A DNA stretch of 64,000 bases, from NCBI RefSeq assembly GCF_049554935.1, contig NZ_CP186926.1, forward strand, positions 1,088,001-1,152,000, given 5' to 3'. A program made the translations under genes and the position numbers. The notes under the pieces are model-generated. The model was not told the origin of the DNA and did not search any database. It worked only from the letters and a program-made list of their open reading frames with translations. This DNA is from Methanocaldococcus indicus. GTDB taxonomy: Archaea; AGJL01; Methanococci; Methanococcales; Methanocaldococcaceae. Below are positions 9,744-20,991 of the stretch, in pieces (within the stretch, counting starts at the first letter, position 1; the number at the start of each line of letters is the position of its first letter).

Positions 9744-10958
9744 ATGGTTGAGCTATTATCTCCAGCTAATGATTTAACATGTTTAAAAACAGCTATTAAT
9801 TATGGAGCAGATGCTGTTTATTGTGGATTAAAAGAGTTTAGTATGAGAGCCAATGCTAAAAACTTTACAAGAGATGAGTTAAAAGAAGGAATAAAGTATG
9901 CTCATCTAAATAACAAAAAAGTATATTTATGCTTAAATACAGTAATCTATGAAAATGATTTAAAGAAAGTTGAAGAGATTTTAGATTTTGCAAATTCAGC
10001 TGAGGTAGATGCTGTTATAGTTAGTGATTTAGGGACTATGCAGTTAGCTAAAGAGTTTGGTTTTAGAATTCATGCAAGTGTTCAATGTAATATAACAAAT
10101 TCATTAACAGCTAAGTTCTATTCTAAATTTGCTAAAAGAGTTATATTATCAAGAGAATTGACCTTAAACCAAATAAAAGAAATTAGAAATAATTTAAAAA
10201 AAGATAAAATTGATTTAGAATTGGAAGGATTTGTTCATGGAGCTTTATGTGTTGCTATAAGTGGAAGATGCTTTTTAAGCTCTTATCTCTTTGGAAGACA
10301 TGCAAATTGTGGAGATTGCCTACAACCATGTAGAAGAAGATGGAAATTAATTAATGAGCATTTTGATGGAACCTATGAAGTTGTATGTGAGGGAAAATAT
10401 TTATTATCTCCAAAGGATTTATGTATGATTGAGCACATTCCTAAGTTAATGGAAGTTTTTGATTCTTTTAAAATTGAAGGTAGAGCAAAAAATGTAGATT
10501 ATGTTATGAGAACAACAAAAATTTATAGAGAAGCTATAAATAGTGTTTTAGATGGAACATATTATGAAAAATTAGATTACTTTAAAAAAGAGCTTCAAAA
10601 AATCTATAATAGAGAATATGATACAGGATTTTATTTCAGAGATGTAATTAAAGAGCATGATTTCCAATACAATATTGAAGGTAATGCCTCAAAATATAGA
10701 AAGATAGAGATTGGAAGAGTAGTTAATTTCTACAAAAAAATTAATGTTGCTGAAATTGAACTTTATGGTGATATAAAAGTTGGAGATACTATTTTAATAA
10801 TTGGAAAAACAACTGGATGTATTGAAGAAAAAATAAAAGAAATGCAAATAAATCATAAATTTGTTGATTATGCTAAAAAAGGAGACAGAGTAGGAATTAA
10901 ATTAAATCATTTAGTTAGAGAAGGAGATAGAGTATATTTATTGAAGAAAATTGTTTAA
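9744..10958 (+). CDS. Peptidase U32 family protein (Fe-S, RNA hydroxylation family)
   Basis: ELLSPA, GADAVY, HGALCVAISGRC, CLQPCR, KIEGR. Confidence 0.92.
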   Translation: MVELLSPANDLTCLKTAINYGADAVYCGLKEFSMRANAKNFTRDELKEGIKYAHLNNKKVYLCLNTVIYENDLKKVEEILDFANSAEVDAVIVSDLGTMQLAKEFGFRIHASVQCNITNSLTAKFYSKFAKRVILSRELTLNQIKEIRNNLKKDKIDLELEGFVHGALCVAISGRCFLSSYLFGRHANCGDCLQPCRRRWKLINEHFDGTYEVVCEGKYLLSPKDLCMIEHIPKLMEVFDSFKIEGRAKNVDYVMRTTKIYREAINSVLDGTYYEKLDYFKKELQKIYNREYDTGFYFRDVIKEHDFQYNIEGNASKYRKIEIGRVVNFYKKINVAEIELYGDIKVGDTILIIGKTTGCIEEKIKEMQINHKFVDYAKKGDRVGIKLNHLVREGDRVYLLKKIV

Positions 10959-11114
10959 AGATAAATATACAGTTAGCAATGATGATTTATTTGTTAAAAG
11001 GAGTTATCTTAATTTTTAAACTTATTGATGTAAGTTTAAAACCACAGAGTTTTTTAGTTTAGAATGCTATAAAGAAGATTCTATAGAAAATATCATTTAA
11101 TATTTATTTTACTT

Positions 11115-11150
11115 GTTCATAAAATATGAAATTTTATTCAAAATAGTAAA
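11115..11150 (+). promoter_or_regulatory. 36-bp element upstream of alkaline phosphatase, copy 1
   Basis: GTTCATAAAATATGAAATTTTATTCAAAATAGTAAA, identical to 14033-14068, followed by TATA-like TTTATA. Confidence 0.6.
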
Positions 11151-11202
11151 ATTTATATTCCTGATAATAGAAAAATATTATTTGTAAATTATTACATGTG
11201 AG

Positions 11203-12684
11203 GTGATTATTCCCATGAAAAAATTAGTATCCCTATTCTTGATAGTTGGAATATTATTTTCAGTAAGTATCTGTGGGTGTATAACAGAATCATCCCATAT
11301 AAAAGAAACTGAAAAAATTGAAGGCTCTAAATTGACATTATCTAAACCTAAAAATGATAATAAAAAAGTTAAAAATGTTATTTTGATGATAGGAGATGGA
11401 ATGGGAATTACTCAAACATATCTTGCTGAAAGATATAAAGAAGAGATTGAAAATGGACATCTTGTAATATTAACAAACTTTAAGACAAGAGGAACAATAA
11501 CTACTTACTCTTTAAGTTCTGAAGTTACTGATTCAGCCGCAGCTGGAACTGCACTTTTGTCAGGTTATAAAACTAACAACGGAATGATAAATATTCTGCC
11601 TAATGGTTCAATACCAAGAAAGACACTTGGAGAAATTGCAAAAGAAAAAGGAAAGTCTGTAGGTATTGTAACAACAACAAGGGTAACTCATGCTACTCCA
11701 GCATCAGTTTATGCCCATATAAAAGATAGAGAGGAAGAGGATAAAATTGCTGAACAGCTTTTAGAATTTGAGCCAGATGTTGTTCTTGGTGGAGGATTAG
11801 AGTACTTTATACCAAAAGATGAAAAAGGAAGTAAAAGAAAAGACAATAAGAATCTTATTGAAGAATTTAAAAAGAAGGGTTATACTATTGTTTATAATAA
11901 AGAAGAGTTAGAAAAAGTAAATCCAGAAAATACTAAGAAATTATTAGGATTGTTTTCTATGTCTCACATGGCTTATGAGATAGATAGGGAAAATATTCCT
12001 GAATATCAAAATCAACCATCATTGGCTGAAATGACTAAAAAAGCATTAGAAATATTAGATAAAAATCCAAATGGTTTCTTTTTAATGGTTGAAGGTGGAA
12101 GAATAGACCATGCTTGTCATGCTCATGATGCTAAATCAGAGATTATGGATACAATTGCGTTTGATGAAGCTGTTAAAGTAGCTCTTGATTATCAAAAGAA
12201 GCATCCAGATACATTAATTATTGTCACAGCAGACCATGAAACTGGAGGATTAAGTATAGGTAGAGGAACAGGATATTATGCAAATATAACAGCTTTAAAA
12301 CCTATTGATGCAAGTATTGGATTTATGAGCAAAGAAATCTTAAAAAATCCAAATAAAGAGTTTGTTTTAAATCTGATTAAAACCTATTGGCATATTAATT
12401 TAACTGATAAAGAGAAAGAGCTTTTATTTAAATATCCACTAACATCAAAGATAAACGATTCAAACCTTTTAAATAACTATCCAAAAATAAACCATTACGT
12501 ACATTGCTGGGCTGGTTTTGCTCTATCTGAAATTGAGAGTAGAAGAGCAAATATTGGATGGACTTCATTTGCACACACAGCAGTTCCTGTTCCAGTGTAT
12601 GCAAAAGGTCCTGGAGAAGAGATGTTTGAGGGCTTTTACGACAACACAGATATACCAAAGAAGATAGAGCAAATTTGGACATAA
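11203..12684 (+). CDS. phoA: Secreted/lipoprotein alkaline phosphatase (PhoA family)
   Basis: IGDGMG, TDSAAAGTA (Ser nucleophile), THATPA, VEGGRIDH..H, TADHETGG, HT; signal peptide with Cys. Confidence 0.93.
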   Translation: MIIPMKKLVSLFLIVGILFSVSICGCITESSHIKETEKIEGSKLTLSKPKNDNKKVKNVILMIGDGMGITQTYLAERYKEEIENGHLVILTNFKTRGTITTYSLSSEVTDSAAAGTALLSGYKTNNGMINILPNGSIPRKTLGEIAKEKGKSVGIVTTTRVTHATPASVYAHIKDREEEDKIAEQLLEFEPDVVLGGGLEYFIPKDEKGSKRKDNKNLIEEFKKKGYTIVYNKEELEKVNPENTKKLLGLFSMSHMAYEIDRENIPEYQNQPSLAEMTKKALEILDKNPNGFFLMVEGGRIDHACHAHDAKSEIMDTIAFDEAVKVALDYQKKHPDTLIIVTADHETGGLSIGRGTGYYANITALKPIDASIGFMSKEILKNPNKEFVLNLIKTYWHINLTDKEKELLFKYPLTSKINDSNLLNNYPKINHYVHCWAGFALSEIESRRANIGWTSFAHTAVPVPVYAKGPGEEMFEGFYDNTDIPKKIEQIWT

Positions 12685-12758
12685 ATACATATTATTTTTT
12701 AATAATCTTTATTTAATCTTTATTTTTATTATTATAATCTTTTAATTTTGGTGGTTAA

Positions 12759-12971
12759 ATGATTAAAGTTTTAAGAGTTGATGCATCAAATTTTAATAAA
12801 AATGTTGGTGATGTTGTAAAAAAAGGAGAAGTTATTGGATATTTAAAAAATCTACCAGTTGTTTCAGATATTAACGGAATAATTGACTGTATATACTTTG
12901 ATGAAGACAATCATGAATTGGAAATTGTTATTTTAAGTAGAAATGGTGAAAATAATGAAGGTAAATTCTAA
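12759..12971 (+). CDS. Small hypothetical protein, biotinyl/lipoyl barrel-like
   Basis: VGDVVKKGEVIG...SDINGII pattern; GGTGG RBS. Confidence 0.55.
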   Translation: MIKVLRVDASNFNKNVGDVVKKGEVIGYLKNLPVVSDINGIIDCIYFDEDNHELEIVILSRNGENNEGKF

Positions 12972-14040
12972 AATAAAGCTTGAACTAATCTTTTTAACCT
13001 TAGTTACGATATTTTCAATTTTTATAATTCTTTACTCTCCACTTTATAAAAATACTAATGATTATTATTCAAAAAAAGGAGTAGTGATAAAAACAGAAGA
13101 TAATTTAGATTATAATGGAGTTGTTAAAATTGGTTTTCAAGATGTATGGGTTAAACTTTATGATAGTGGAAAAGTTTTAAAGTTTAGTAATGTTCTAAGA
13201 GGTAATTGGTTATTAGATAATTATTTTGAAAAAGGTGATAATGTTTTAGTTATATATAAAAAAGACACACCTATATATCTTACTTATGATAGGGTTGAGT
13301 ATTTTTTATATTTTATTTTAATGTTTTTAGGGTTAATTTTGATTATTGGGCAGTTTAGAGGTTTTAAAACTGCTATTTCTTTATTATTTACTGTGGTTAT
13401 GATATTCTACATTCTCCTTCCATTGATTATTAATGGATATAGTCCTATAACATTAACAATAACCATTATTGGGATTATAATATTTGTGTGCTTTTTTATC
13501 TTATGTGGATTTAACAAAAAGGTAGTATCTTCTTCACTTGGAACAATACTTGGAATTGTTGTTTCTGGATTGTTAGGTTATATTGGAATAAAGTTAATGA
13601 AACTACCACCTGGTGGATTTTCAGAATTTGTTCAGATGATTTTATTCACAGGATACTATATGGATTTTTATGGAATTTTAATTTCTTCAATCATTTTAGC
13701 ATCTCTTGGAGCTATTATGGATGTTGCCATTGATATATCCTCTGGATTGTATGAGATAAAAAGACATAAACCAGATATATCATTTAAAGAGCTTTTTGAA
13801 AGTGGGATGAATATTGGTAAGGATATAATGGGAACTATGGCAAATACTTTGATTTTAGTATATGTAGGCTCTTTAATAGCTCCTATTTTATATTTTATGA
13901 TTAAAGGAACTCCAATAGACATAATACTTAGCTATAATTTTATTGCATCAGAAATATTGGCAAGTTTATGTGGAAGTATTGGTATTGTATTAACAATTCC
14001 ATTAACTGCACTTATAGCTGCCTATCTATATAGTTCATAA
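12943..14040 (+). CDS. YibE/F family membrane protein
   Basis: LGAIMDVAIDI...GMNIGKDIMGTMANTLILVYVG. Confidence 0.88.
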   Translation: MVKIMKVNSKIKLELIFLTLVTIFSIFIILYSPLYKNTNDYYSKKGVVIKTEDNLDYNGVVKIGFQDVWVKLYDSGKVLKFSNVLRGNWLLDNYFEKGDNVLVIYKKDTPIYLTYDRVEYFLYFILMFLGLILIIGQFRGFKTAISLLFTVVMIFYILLPLIINGYSPITLTITIIGIIIFVCFFILCGFNKKVVSSSLGTILGIVVSGLLGYIGIKLMKLPPGGFSEFVQMILFTGYYMDFYGILISSIILASLGAIMDVAIDISSGLYEIKRHKPDISFKELFESGMNIGKDIMGTMANTLILVYVGSLIAPILYFMIKGTPIDIILSYNFIASEILASLCGSIGIVLTIPLTALIAAYLYSS

Positions 14041-14068
14041 AATATGAAATTTTATTCAAAATAGTAAA
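14033..14068 (+). promoter_or_regulatory. 36-bp element upstream of pstS, copy 2
   Basis: Identical to 11115-11150; followed by TTTATATAA TATA box. Confidence 0.6.
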
Positions 14069-14138
14069 TTTTTTATATAAGTTTGAAGTTTATTAACTAA
14101 TGTCAGTCATTCATAAAAAATGACCTTTTGGTGATAGA

Positions 14139-15284
14139 TTGTTAAAAAAGTTCTTAGCAGTTCTATTAGCTTTGGCAATGATAGTTCCAATAATTAGCTT
14201 AGCAGGTTGTGTTGGAGGAGGTAATGAAAAGACAACAACTGTAAATACTAATGAAAAACCTAAAACCATTATTATAAGAACAGCAGGAGCTACATTTCCA
14301 ATGTATCAAATCCAAAAATGGATAGAAGACTATCAAAAAACTCATCCAAATGTTAAAATTGAATATGAAGGAGGAGGTTCAGGATACGGTCAAGAAGCAT
14401 TTTTAAAAGGATTAACTGATATTGGAAGAACAGACCCACCAGTTAAAGAAGATATGTGGAAAAAATTCTTACAAACAGGAGACCAACCTTTACAGTTTCC
14501 TGAAATTGTTGGAGCAGTTGTAGTTACATACAATATCCCAGAGATTGGAAATAAAACATTAAAATTAAGTAGAGATGTTTTAGCAGATATCTTTTTGGGT
14601 AAAATAGAATACTGGGATGATGAAAGAATCAAAAAATTAAACCCAGATATAGCTAATAAACTACCACACAAGAAGATAATAGTTGTTCATAGAAGTGATG
14701 CAAGTGGAACAACAGCCATATTTACAACATATTTAAGTTTAATAAGCAAAGAATGGGCAGAAAAAGTTGGAGCTGGAAAAATTGTTAATTGGCCAGTTGA
14801 TAAAATGGGGAGAGGTGTAGCTGGAAAGGGTAACCCTGGAGTAGTTGCGATAGTAAAATCAACACCATACTCAATAGCTTATACAGAGTTATCATATGCA
14901 ATTAAAAATAATTTACCAGTTGCAGCATTAGAAAATAAAGAAGGAAATTATGTTAAACCAACAGATGAAACTATAAAAGCTGCTGTTTCAGCAGTTAAGG
15001 CAAACATTCCAAATCCAACAGAAGGTTATAAGGAAGATTTAAAACAGATGTTAGATGCTCCTGGAAAAGATTCATATCCAATTGTTGCATTTACACACTT
15101 GTTAGTTTGGGAAAATAAAAATGGAAAGCATTATTCACCAGAAAAAGCTAAGGCTATAAAAGAGTTCTTAACTTGGGTTTTAACAGAAGGACAAAAACCT
15201 GAACATTTAGCTCCTGGATATGTAGGATTACCAAAAGATGTTGCTCAAATAGGATTGAATGCTGTTAATATGATTAAAGAATAA
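14139..15284 (+). CDS. pstS: Phosphate ABC transporter substrate-binding lipoprotein
   Basis: LAGC lipobox, GATFP, GSGYG, HRSDASGTT, YPIV. Confidence 0.95.
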   Translation: MLKKFLAVLLALAMIVPIISLAGCVGGGNEKTTTVNTNEKPKTIIIRTAGATFPMYQIQKWIEDYQKTHPNVKIEYEGGGSGYGQEAFLKGLTDIGRTDPPVKEDMWKKFLQTGDQPLQFPEIVGAVVVTYNIPEIGNKTLKLSRDVLADIFLGKIEYWDDERIKKLNPDIANKLPHKKIIVVHRSDASGTTAIFTTYLSLISKEWAEKVGAGKIVNWPVDKMGRGVAGKGNPGVVAIVKSTPYSIAYTELSYAIKNNLPVAALENKEGNYVKPTDETIKAAVSAVKANIPNPTEGYKEDLKQMLDAPGKDSYPIVAFTHLLVWENKNGKHYSPEKAKAIKEFLTWVLTEGQKPEHLAPGYVGLPKDVAQIGLNAVNMIKE

Positions 15285-15309
15285 TTTCTTTCTTTTTTTA
15301 CCTTTTTTG

Positions 15310-16012
15310 GAGAGTGTCAAGTTAAGCTTTTATTAATATATCGATAAAAAATAGTAAAATATGAAGCTCACGATAGAAGTCTTAAAGGAGAGAATCGAAG
15401 AGGAGAAGATTTTTAAAAGGAATAAGAAGTCGATAGAAGTTAAAATCTTAGCTGGGATTTTGTATTACCTTGGACTATCGTTGAGGAAAGTAAGTTTGTT
15501 TCTTTCCCAATTCGAAAGTATAAGCCATGAGTCGGTTAGGACTTATTATCACAAGATTAAAGAGGTTTTAAACGAACCTGAAAGAAAGGAAAGATACGCA
15601 ATTGCAATCGATGAGACCAAACTAAAGATTGGAAATGAAGTTATTTACGTATGGTCTGCTATTGATGTTGAATCGAAAGAGTGCTTGGGAGTTTATGTTT
15701 CTGAAACAAGAAACTACCTCGATACTATATTATTCGTTAAGAGCATATTAAAATTTTGCTCTAATAAGCCGAAGATTTTGGTCGATGGTGGAAGATGGTA
15801 TCCGTGGGCATTGCAAAGATTGGGTTTAGAATTTGAAAGAGTCAGATTCGGACTGAGAAATTGTGTAGAAAGCTTTTTCTCACTACTCAAACGAAGAACT
15901 AAAGCATTTTATAATAGGTTTCCTAATAACAGCAAATTCGATACAGTTGTTAGCTGGATTAAAAGTTTCATGATGTTCTACAATTGGTTGAAGTCGTTAA
16001 CTTGACAGTGTC
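15310..16012 (+). mobile_element. IS6-family insertion sequence, 703 bp (ISAMJ1/ISMja1-like)
   Basis: 16-bp TIRs GAGAGTGTCAAGTTAA / reverse complement GACACTGTCAAGTTAA (2 mismatches); flanking direct repeat CCTTTTTTG at 15301-15309 and 16013-16021. Confidence 0.92.
15361..16005 (+). CDS. IS6-family DDE transposase
   Basis: [23 protein letters not shown] motifs; intact ORF. Confidence 0.93.
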   Translation: MKLTIEVLKERIEEEKIFKRNKKSIEVKILAGILYYLGLSLRKVSLFLSQFESISHESVRTYYHKIKEVLNEPERKERYAIAIDETKLKIGNEVIYVWSAIDVESKECLGVYVSETRNYLDTILFVKSILKFCSNKPKILVDGGRWYPWALQRLGLEFERVRFGLRNCVESFFSLLKRRTKAFYNRFPNNSKFDTVVSWIKSFMMFYNWLKSLT

Positions 16013-16089
16013 CCTTTTTTGAATAAAAATTTTTATATAACATTCTAAGATTTTATTATATATACTAAACTCTTTTTTAGGTTTTTATT

Positions 16090-17079
16090 ATGAGATACTT
16101 TAAAATCTTAAATAATGAGAGATATACTAAGTTTTTGATAGCTAAGAGTATAGAAGTTGAAGATTTTAAAGATTTAGATTTGGAAGAATTATTTAATTTA
16201 CATTCTAAATATTTGAAAATATTATATAAGAATTTAGATAAAGAAGATATTCAAATTGCTTCACCAAACTTATTAGATTTAAAGATAGAGATAGCTAATA
16301 GAATATTTAAGAATTGCTATTTTTGTGAGCATAGATGTTATGTGAATAGAGAAAAAGAGAAAGGATTTTGTAGAATAAGAAGAAGTTGCTATTCAACTGA
16401 GTTTTTGCATTATGGAGAGGAAGATATTTTAATTCCTTCTCATACAATATTTTTCTGTGGATGTAACTTTAAATGTGTATTTTGTCAAAATTGGGACATA
16501 TCTCAGGTTTATTTTGAGAATATTCCTCATAATTGTAAGATATACAATCCAAAAGAAATGGCTAAAATTATTGAAGTTAGAAGAGGTAGAAATGTAAATT
16601 TTGTTGGTGGTGAGCCAACACCTCACCTACATAAAATTTTAGAAACATTAAAATATATTAATATAAACATTCCAATTGTCTGGAATTCTAATTTTTATTT
16701 AACTCCTGAAGGTATTGAGCTATTAAAAGGTGTTGTTGATATCTATTTAACTGATTTTAAATTTGGAAATAATAAATGTGGTGAAAGATTATCAAAAGTG
16801 AAGAATTACTTTGATATATTAAAAAGAAATCATCTATTAATTAAGGATGAAGAGATAATAATAAGACATTTAGTTATGCCAAATCATTTAATTTGTTGCA
16901 CAAATGAAATCTTTAGATTTATCTCAAAAAATTTAAAAAATGCATTAGTTAATGTTATGTTCCAATATCGTCCTGAATATAAAGCTAAGTTTTATAGAGA
17001 TATAAGTAGAACTTTAACTTATGATAAGATGATATTAGCTTTGGAATTGGCTAAAAAATATAAATTAAATCTTATCTAA
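16090..17079 (+). CDS. Radical SAM protein (PflX-like)
   Basis: CYFCEHRC, GCNFKCVFCQN, GGEPT, RHLVMP. Confidence 0.88.
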   Translation: MRYFKILNNERYTKFLIAKSIEVEDFKDLDLEELFNLHSKYLKILYKNLDKEDIQIASPNLLDLKIEIANRIFKNCYFCEHRCYVNREKEKGFCRIRRSCYSTEFLHYGEEDILIPSHTIFFCGCNFKCVFCQNWDISQVYFENIPHNCKIYNPKEMAKIIEVRRGRNVNFVGGEPTPHLHKILETLKYININIPIVWNSNFYLTPEGIELLKGVVDIYLTDFKFGNNKCGERLSKVKNYFDILKRNHLLIKDEEIIIRHLVMPNHLICCTNEIFRFISKNLKNALVNVMFQYRPEYKAKFYRDISRTLTYDKMILALELAKKYKLNLI

Positions 17080-18720
17080 ATCTAACTCAAAGACAGCAAC
17101 TGGAAACTCTATTTCAAAGTTAGTTATAACCTCTGGATGAATCTCCCCAAAGAATCCTATAACTTTATCATCTACAACAACTTTTCCACATCTACCTTTT
17201 ATAAAAGAAGGATGTTCATATCTCTCAATTTCATAATTTAATTTTAACTCTCTCAATAATCCTTCACAAATTGCCTTTATATCATTAACACTTGCCTCAT
17301 TATCTAAAATAGCTGCACAAATCTTTTTAATCTCTCTTACTCTATTCTCTTGTTCTAAATCAATTTCTACACAATCACCAATTTCAAATATTTTTAATGG
17401 AAAGGCTTTATGTTGATTTATTTTTAATGTTTCTAATATTTGTGGGAGTAGTGATTTTCTTAAAATTCTATGTTCAATACTTGCAGGCTTTAAAACTTCA
17501 ATATAGTTATTATCTTCTATATTCATATTTTTAAATAATATTTTGTCATTAGATAACATTAAGTTAATAACTTCATAAAAACCAAAACCAACCATAATAT
17601 CTCTAATATTATCCAGCTTTTTCTCAAATTTATCTAACTCACCTATTGTAGCTATTGGTGGATATTCTCCCTTAAATTTGTCATATCCATAAGATATTGC
17701 TACCTCCTCAGCTATATCTCTCTCTTCAAATATATCTACTCTATAGGGTGGAATATATACTCTTAATTTATCTCCTAAAAAATCTGCATCCATCTTAGCT
17801 CTTCTTAAATAATTTATAATTATTCCTGGTTGTAAATTTAACCCTAAAATTTTGTTTATATTTTTATAATCAACATCTAAACTATCATAATCTAATTTAG
17901 GATATACCTCTTTTTTATTTTCTTTATATATAACTTCAACACTGTGAATTTTTGCATATTTTCTCTCAGATAGAGCAGTTACTAAAATATTTAAAGTCTT
18001 TTCAACTGCATACTTGTCAGTCCCAGTTACATCAATTAATATATTTCTTGTCTTTTCTGTAACTCTTGTTAGTTCTCCATTTATTATTGGAGGAAGTGAG
18101 AGAACTTTCCCTTCCTTATCTACTATAACTGGAAATTTATCTTTTATTAAATGCCTATATTTAATACCTTTTTCATGCTTTTCTAAAATCTCTCTTGCAG
18201 ATAACTCCTCATCAAAACCTAATGGGACAAATCTTATATCCTCAACTTCTTTATAGTAAAATGGTGGTTGCACTTTATCAAAGTCATGAACACCAATAGC
18301 TACTTTTTTTCTATCTCTACCTAACACCCAGTGTAATTTTTCTTGTAAATTTATAATACTCTCTAAAACATACTCATCAATAATTATTCCTTTAATTAAT
18401 GCCATAGCTATATATGGCCTTGTTTTAACATCTTCAACATAAAGTTTTATATCACTCTTCTCTACATCATACTTAGTTAATCCTAAATCAACTCCTATAA
18501 ATCCTCTAAAACCTCTGGCTAAACCTTCAATACTTAAATAATCAGGCCTATTTGGATTTATTGAAAATTGAATAATTTTCTCTCCATCTTCTTCATAAAT
18601 ATCTTCTACCTCAACTCCCATTAAAGGAAACTTTTCTTCAATATATTTATCTGAGAGTGGCATATTCACCAATCTCTCTAAGTCATACTTCTTTATATTC
18701 ACTGTTGGCATGTTATACAC
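17065..18720 (-). CDS. pheT: Phenylalanine-tRNA ligase beta subunit
   Basis: NRPDYLS, PPYRVDI...DIAEEVAI..GY, GEIHP. Confidence 0.96.
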   Translation of the reverse strand: MYNMPTVNIKKYDLERLVNMPLSDKYIEEKFPLMGVEVEDIYEEDGEKIIQFSINPNRPDYLSIEGLARGFRGFIGVDLGLTKYDVEKSDIKLYVEDVKTRPYIAMALIKGIIIDEYVLESIINLQEKLHWVLGRDRKKVAIGVHDFDKVQPPFYYKEVEDIRFVPLGFDEELSAREILEKHEKGIKYRHLIKDKFPVIVDKEGKVLSLPPIINGELTRVTEKTRNILIDVTGTDKYAVEKTLNILVTALSERKYAKIHSVEVIYKENKKEVYPKLDYDSLDVDYKNINKILGLNLQPGIIINYLRRAKMDADFLGDKLRVYIPPYRVDIFEERDIAEEVAISYGYDKFKGEYPPIATIGELDKFEKKLDNIRDIMVGFGFYEVINLMLSNDKILFKNMNIEDNNYIEVLKPASIEHRILRKSLLPQILETLKINQHKAFPLKIFEIGDCVEIDLEQENRVREIKKICAAILDNEASVNDIKAICEGLLRELKLNYEIERYEHPSFIKGRCGKVVVDDKVIGFFGEIHPEVITNFEIEFPVAVFELDLDKI

Positions 18721-18869
18721 CTACTTTCATATATTTTAATCTATGCATTTTATGACCAAAAGTTATAAATACTTTATATTTAGTTTATAGAGCTAATAAA
18801 AATTAATGTTTTATATATAAGCTTTCTATTTTTAAAACACAATAATAATATATTTAAGGGTTGATAAAG

Positions 18870-19145
18870 ATGCCAGCACCAAGATATAGGTCAAGAAGTT
18901 ATAGAAGAGTCTATAGAAGAACACCAGGAGGAAGAATAGTTATACATTATGAAAGAAGAAAGCCTGATAAACCAAAATGTGCAGTTTGTGGAGCAGAATT
19001 GCATGGAGTTCCAAGAGGAAGACCTGTTGAGATTAGAAAATTACCAAAAACACAAAGAAGACCTGAAAGACCTTATGGAGGCTATTTATGCCCAAAATGT
19101 TTAAAAAGATTAATGATTGAAAAAGCCAGAAACTTTGGGAAATAA
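18870..19145 (+). CDS. rpl34e: 50S ribosomal protein L34e
   Basis: [25 protein letters not shown]. Confidence 0.97.
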   Translation: MPAPRYRSRSYRRVYRRTPGGRIVIHYERRKPDKPKCAVCGAELHGVPRGRPVEIRKLPKTQRRPERPYGGYLCPKCLKRLMIEKARNFGK

Positions 19146-19696
19146 TGATTATCACAATAGGAGGACTTCCTGGAACTGGAACTACAACTATTGCTAAAAA
19201 AATAGCTAAAACATTTAATTTAAGGTATGTTTGTGCAGGTTTAATTTTTAGAGAGATGGCAAAAGAAATGAATATGTCCTTAGAGGAGTTTAGTAAGTAT
19301 GCTGAAAAACATAAGGAAATAGATGAGGAAATAGATAGAAGACAGATAGAGTTAGCTAAAAAAGGAAATATAGTTTTAGAAGGTAGATTGGCAGCTTGGA
19401 TGCTTTTAAGGGAAGGTATAAAACCAGATTTATCTATTTGGTTTAAAACACCTATTGAAATAAGAGCAGAAAGAATAGCTAAAAGAGAAAATCAAAGTTT
19501 TGAAGAAGCTTTAGAAAAAATGAAGTTAAGAGAAGAAAGTGAAAAAAAAAGATACAAAGATATATATAATATAAATTTAGATGATTTATCTATCTATGAC
19601 TTGGTTATAGATACATCAAAATGGGATATTAGGGGAGTGTTTAATATTGTCTCTATGGCAATATTAAACCTCCCTCATTTAGAGGATGAATTGTGA
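19145..19696 (+). CDS. cmk: Cytidylate kinase (archaeal type)
   Basis: [10 protein letters not shown]-loop, EGRL; conserved position between L34e and L14e. Confidence 0.93.
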   Translation: MIITIGGLPGTGTTTIAKKIAKTFNLRYVCAGLIFREMAKEMNMSLEEFSKYAEKHKEIDEEIDRRQIELAKKGNIVLEGRLAAWMLLREGIKPDLSIWFKTPIEIRAERIAKRENQSFEEALEKMKLREESEKKRYKDIYNINLDDLSIYDLVIDTSKWDIRGVFNIVSMAILNLPHLEDEL

Positions 19697-19734
19697 TTCG
19701 CGAGAATCACAAGAACAAAAAATGAGGTGAGGTT
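19667..19734 (+). promoter_or_regulatory. Candidate mRNA hairpin sequestering the rpl14e Shine-Dalgarno
   Basis: AACCTC-CCTCATTT pairs with AAATGAGG-T-GAGGTT; inner stem TTGTGATTC/GAATCACAA closed by a GCGA tetraloop. Confidence 0.6.
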
Positions 19735-19977
19735 ATGGCAGCTATAGAAGTTGGTAGAGTTTGTATAAAAACATCAGGAAGAGAAGCAGGAAAAGTTTGT
19801 GTAATTGTTGATGTTATAGACAAAAACTTTGTATTAGTTGATGGAGAAGTTAAAAGAAGAAGATGCAATATAAAGCATTTAGAACCAACAGACAAAAAAG
19901 TAGATATTCAAAAAGGAGCTTCAACAGAAGAAGTAAAGTTAGCATTAGATGCAGCAGGATTATTAAATAAAGAATAA
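19735..19977 (+). CDS. rpl14e: 50S ribosomal protein L14e
   Basis: [16 protein letters not shown]...[11 protein letters not shown]. Confidence 0.97.
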   Translation: MAAIEVGRVCIKTSGREAGKVCVIVDVIDKNFVLVDGEVKRRRCNIKHLEPTDKKVDIQKGASTEEVKLALDAAGLLNKE

Positions 19978-20020
19978 AAATAATTTTTTTATTTTTTTTT
20001 AAATTAAATTTTTTTGGTGA

Positions 20021-20890
<870 letters not shown>

Positions 20891-20991
20891 CTCATAAACA
20901 TATAAATACTATTTTTAATTATTTAATTAAGAATATAATAGTGGTGAATTTTTTACTAAATTTTATTTATATTAATTTATTAATTTGAATA

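Noticed and set aside
10960-11100. Possible decayed gene fragment after the U32 gene
   Set aside because: Only about 20 codons are open and no family is recognisable
19691-19712. Hairpin at the cmk UGA considered as a selenocysteine read-through signal
   Set aside because: Cmk is already full length at this stop and the stem lacks archaeal SECIS features
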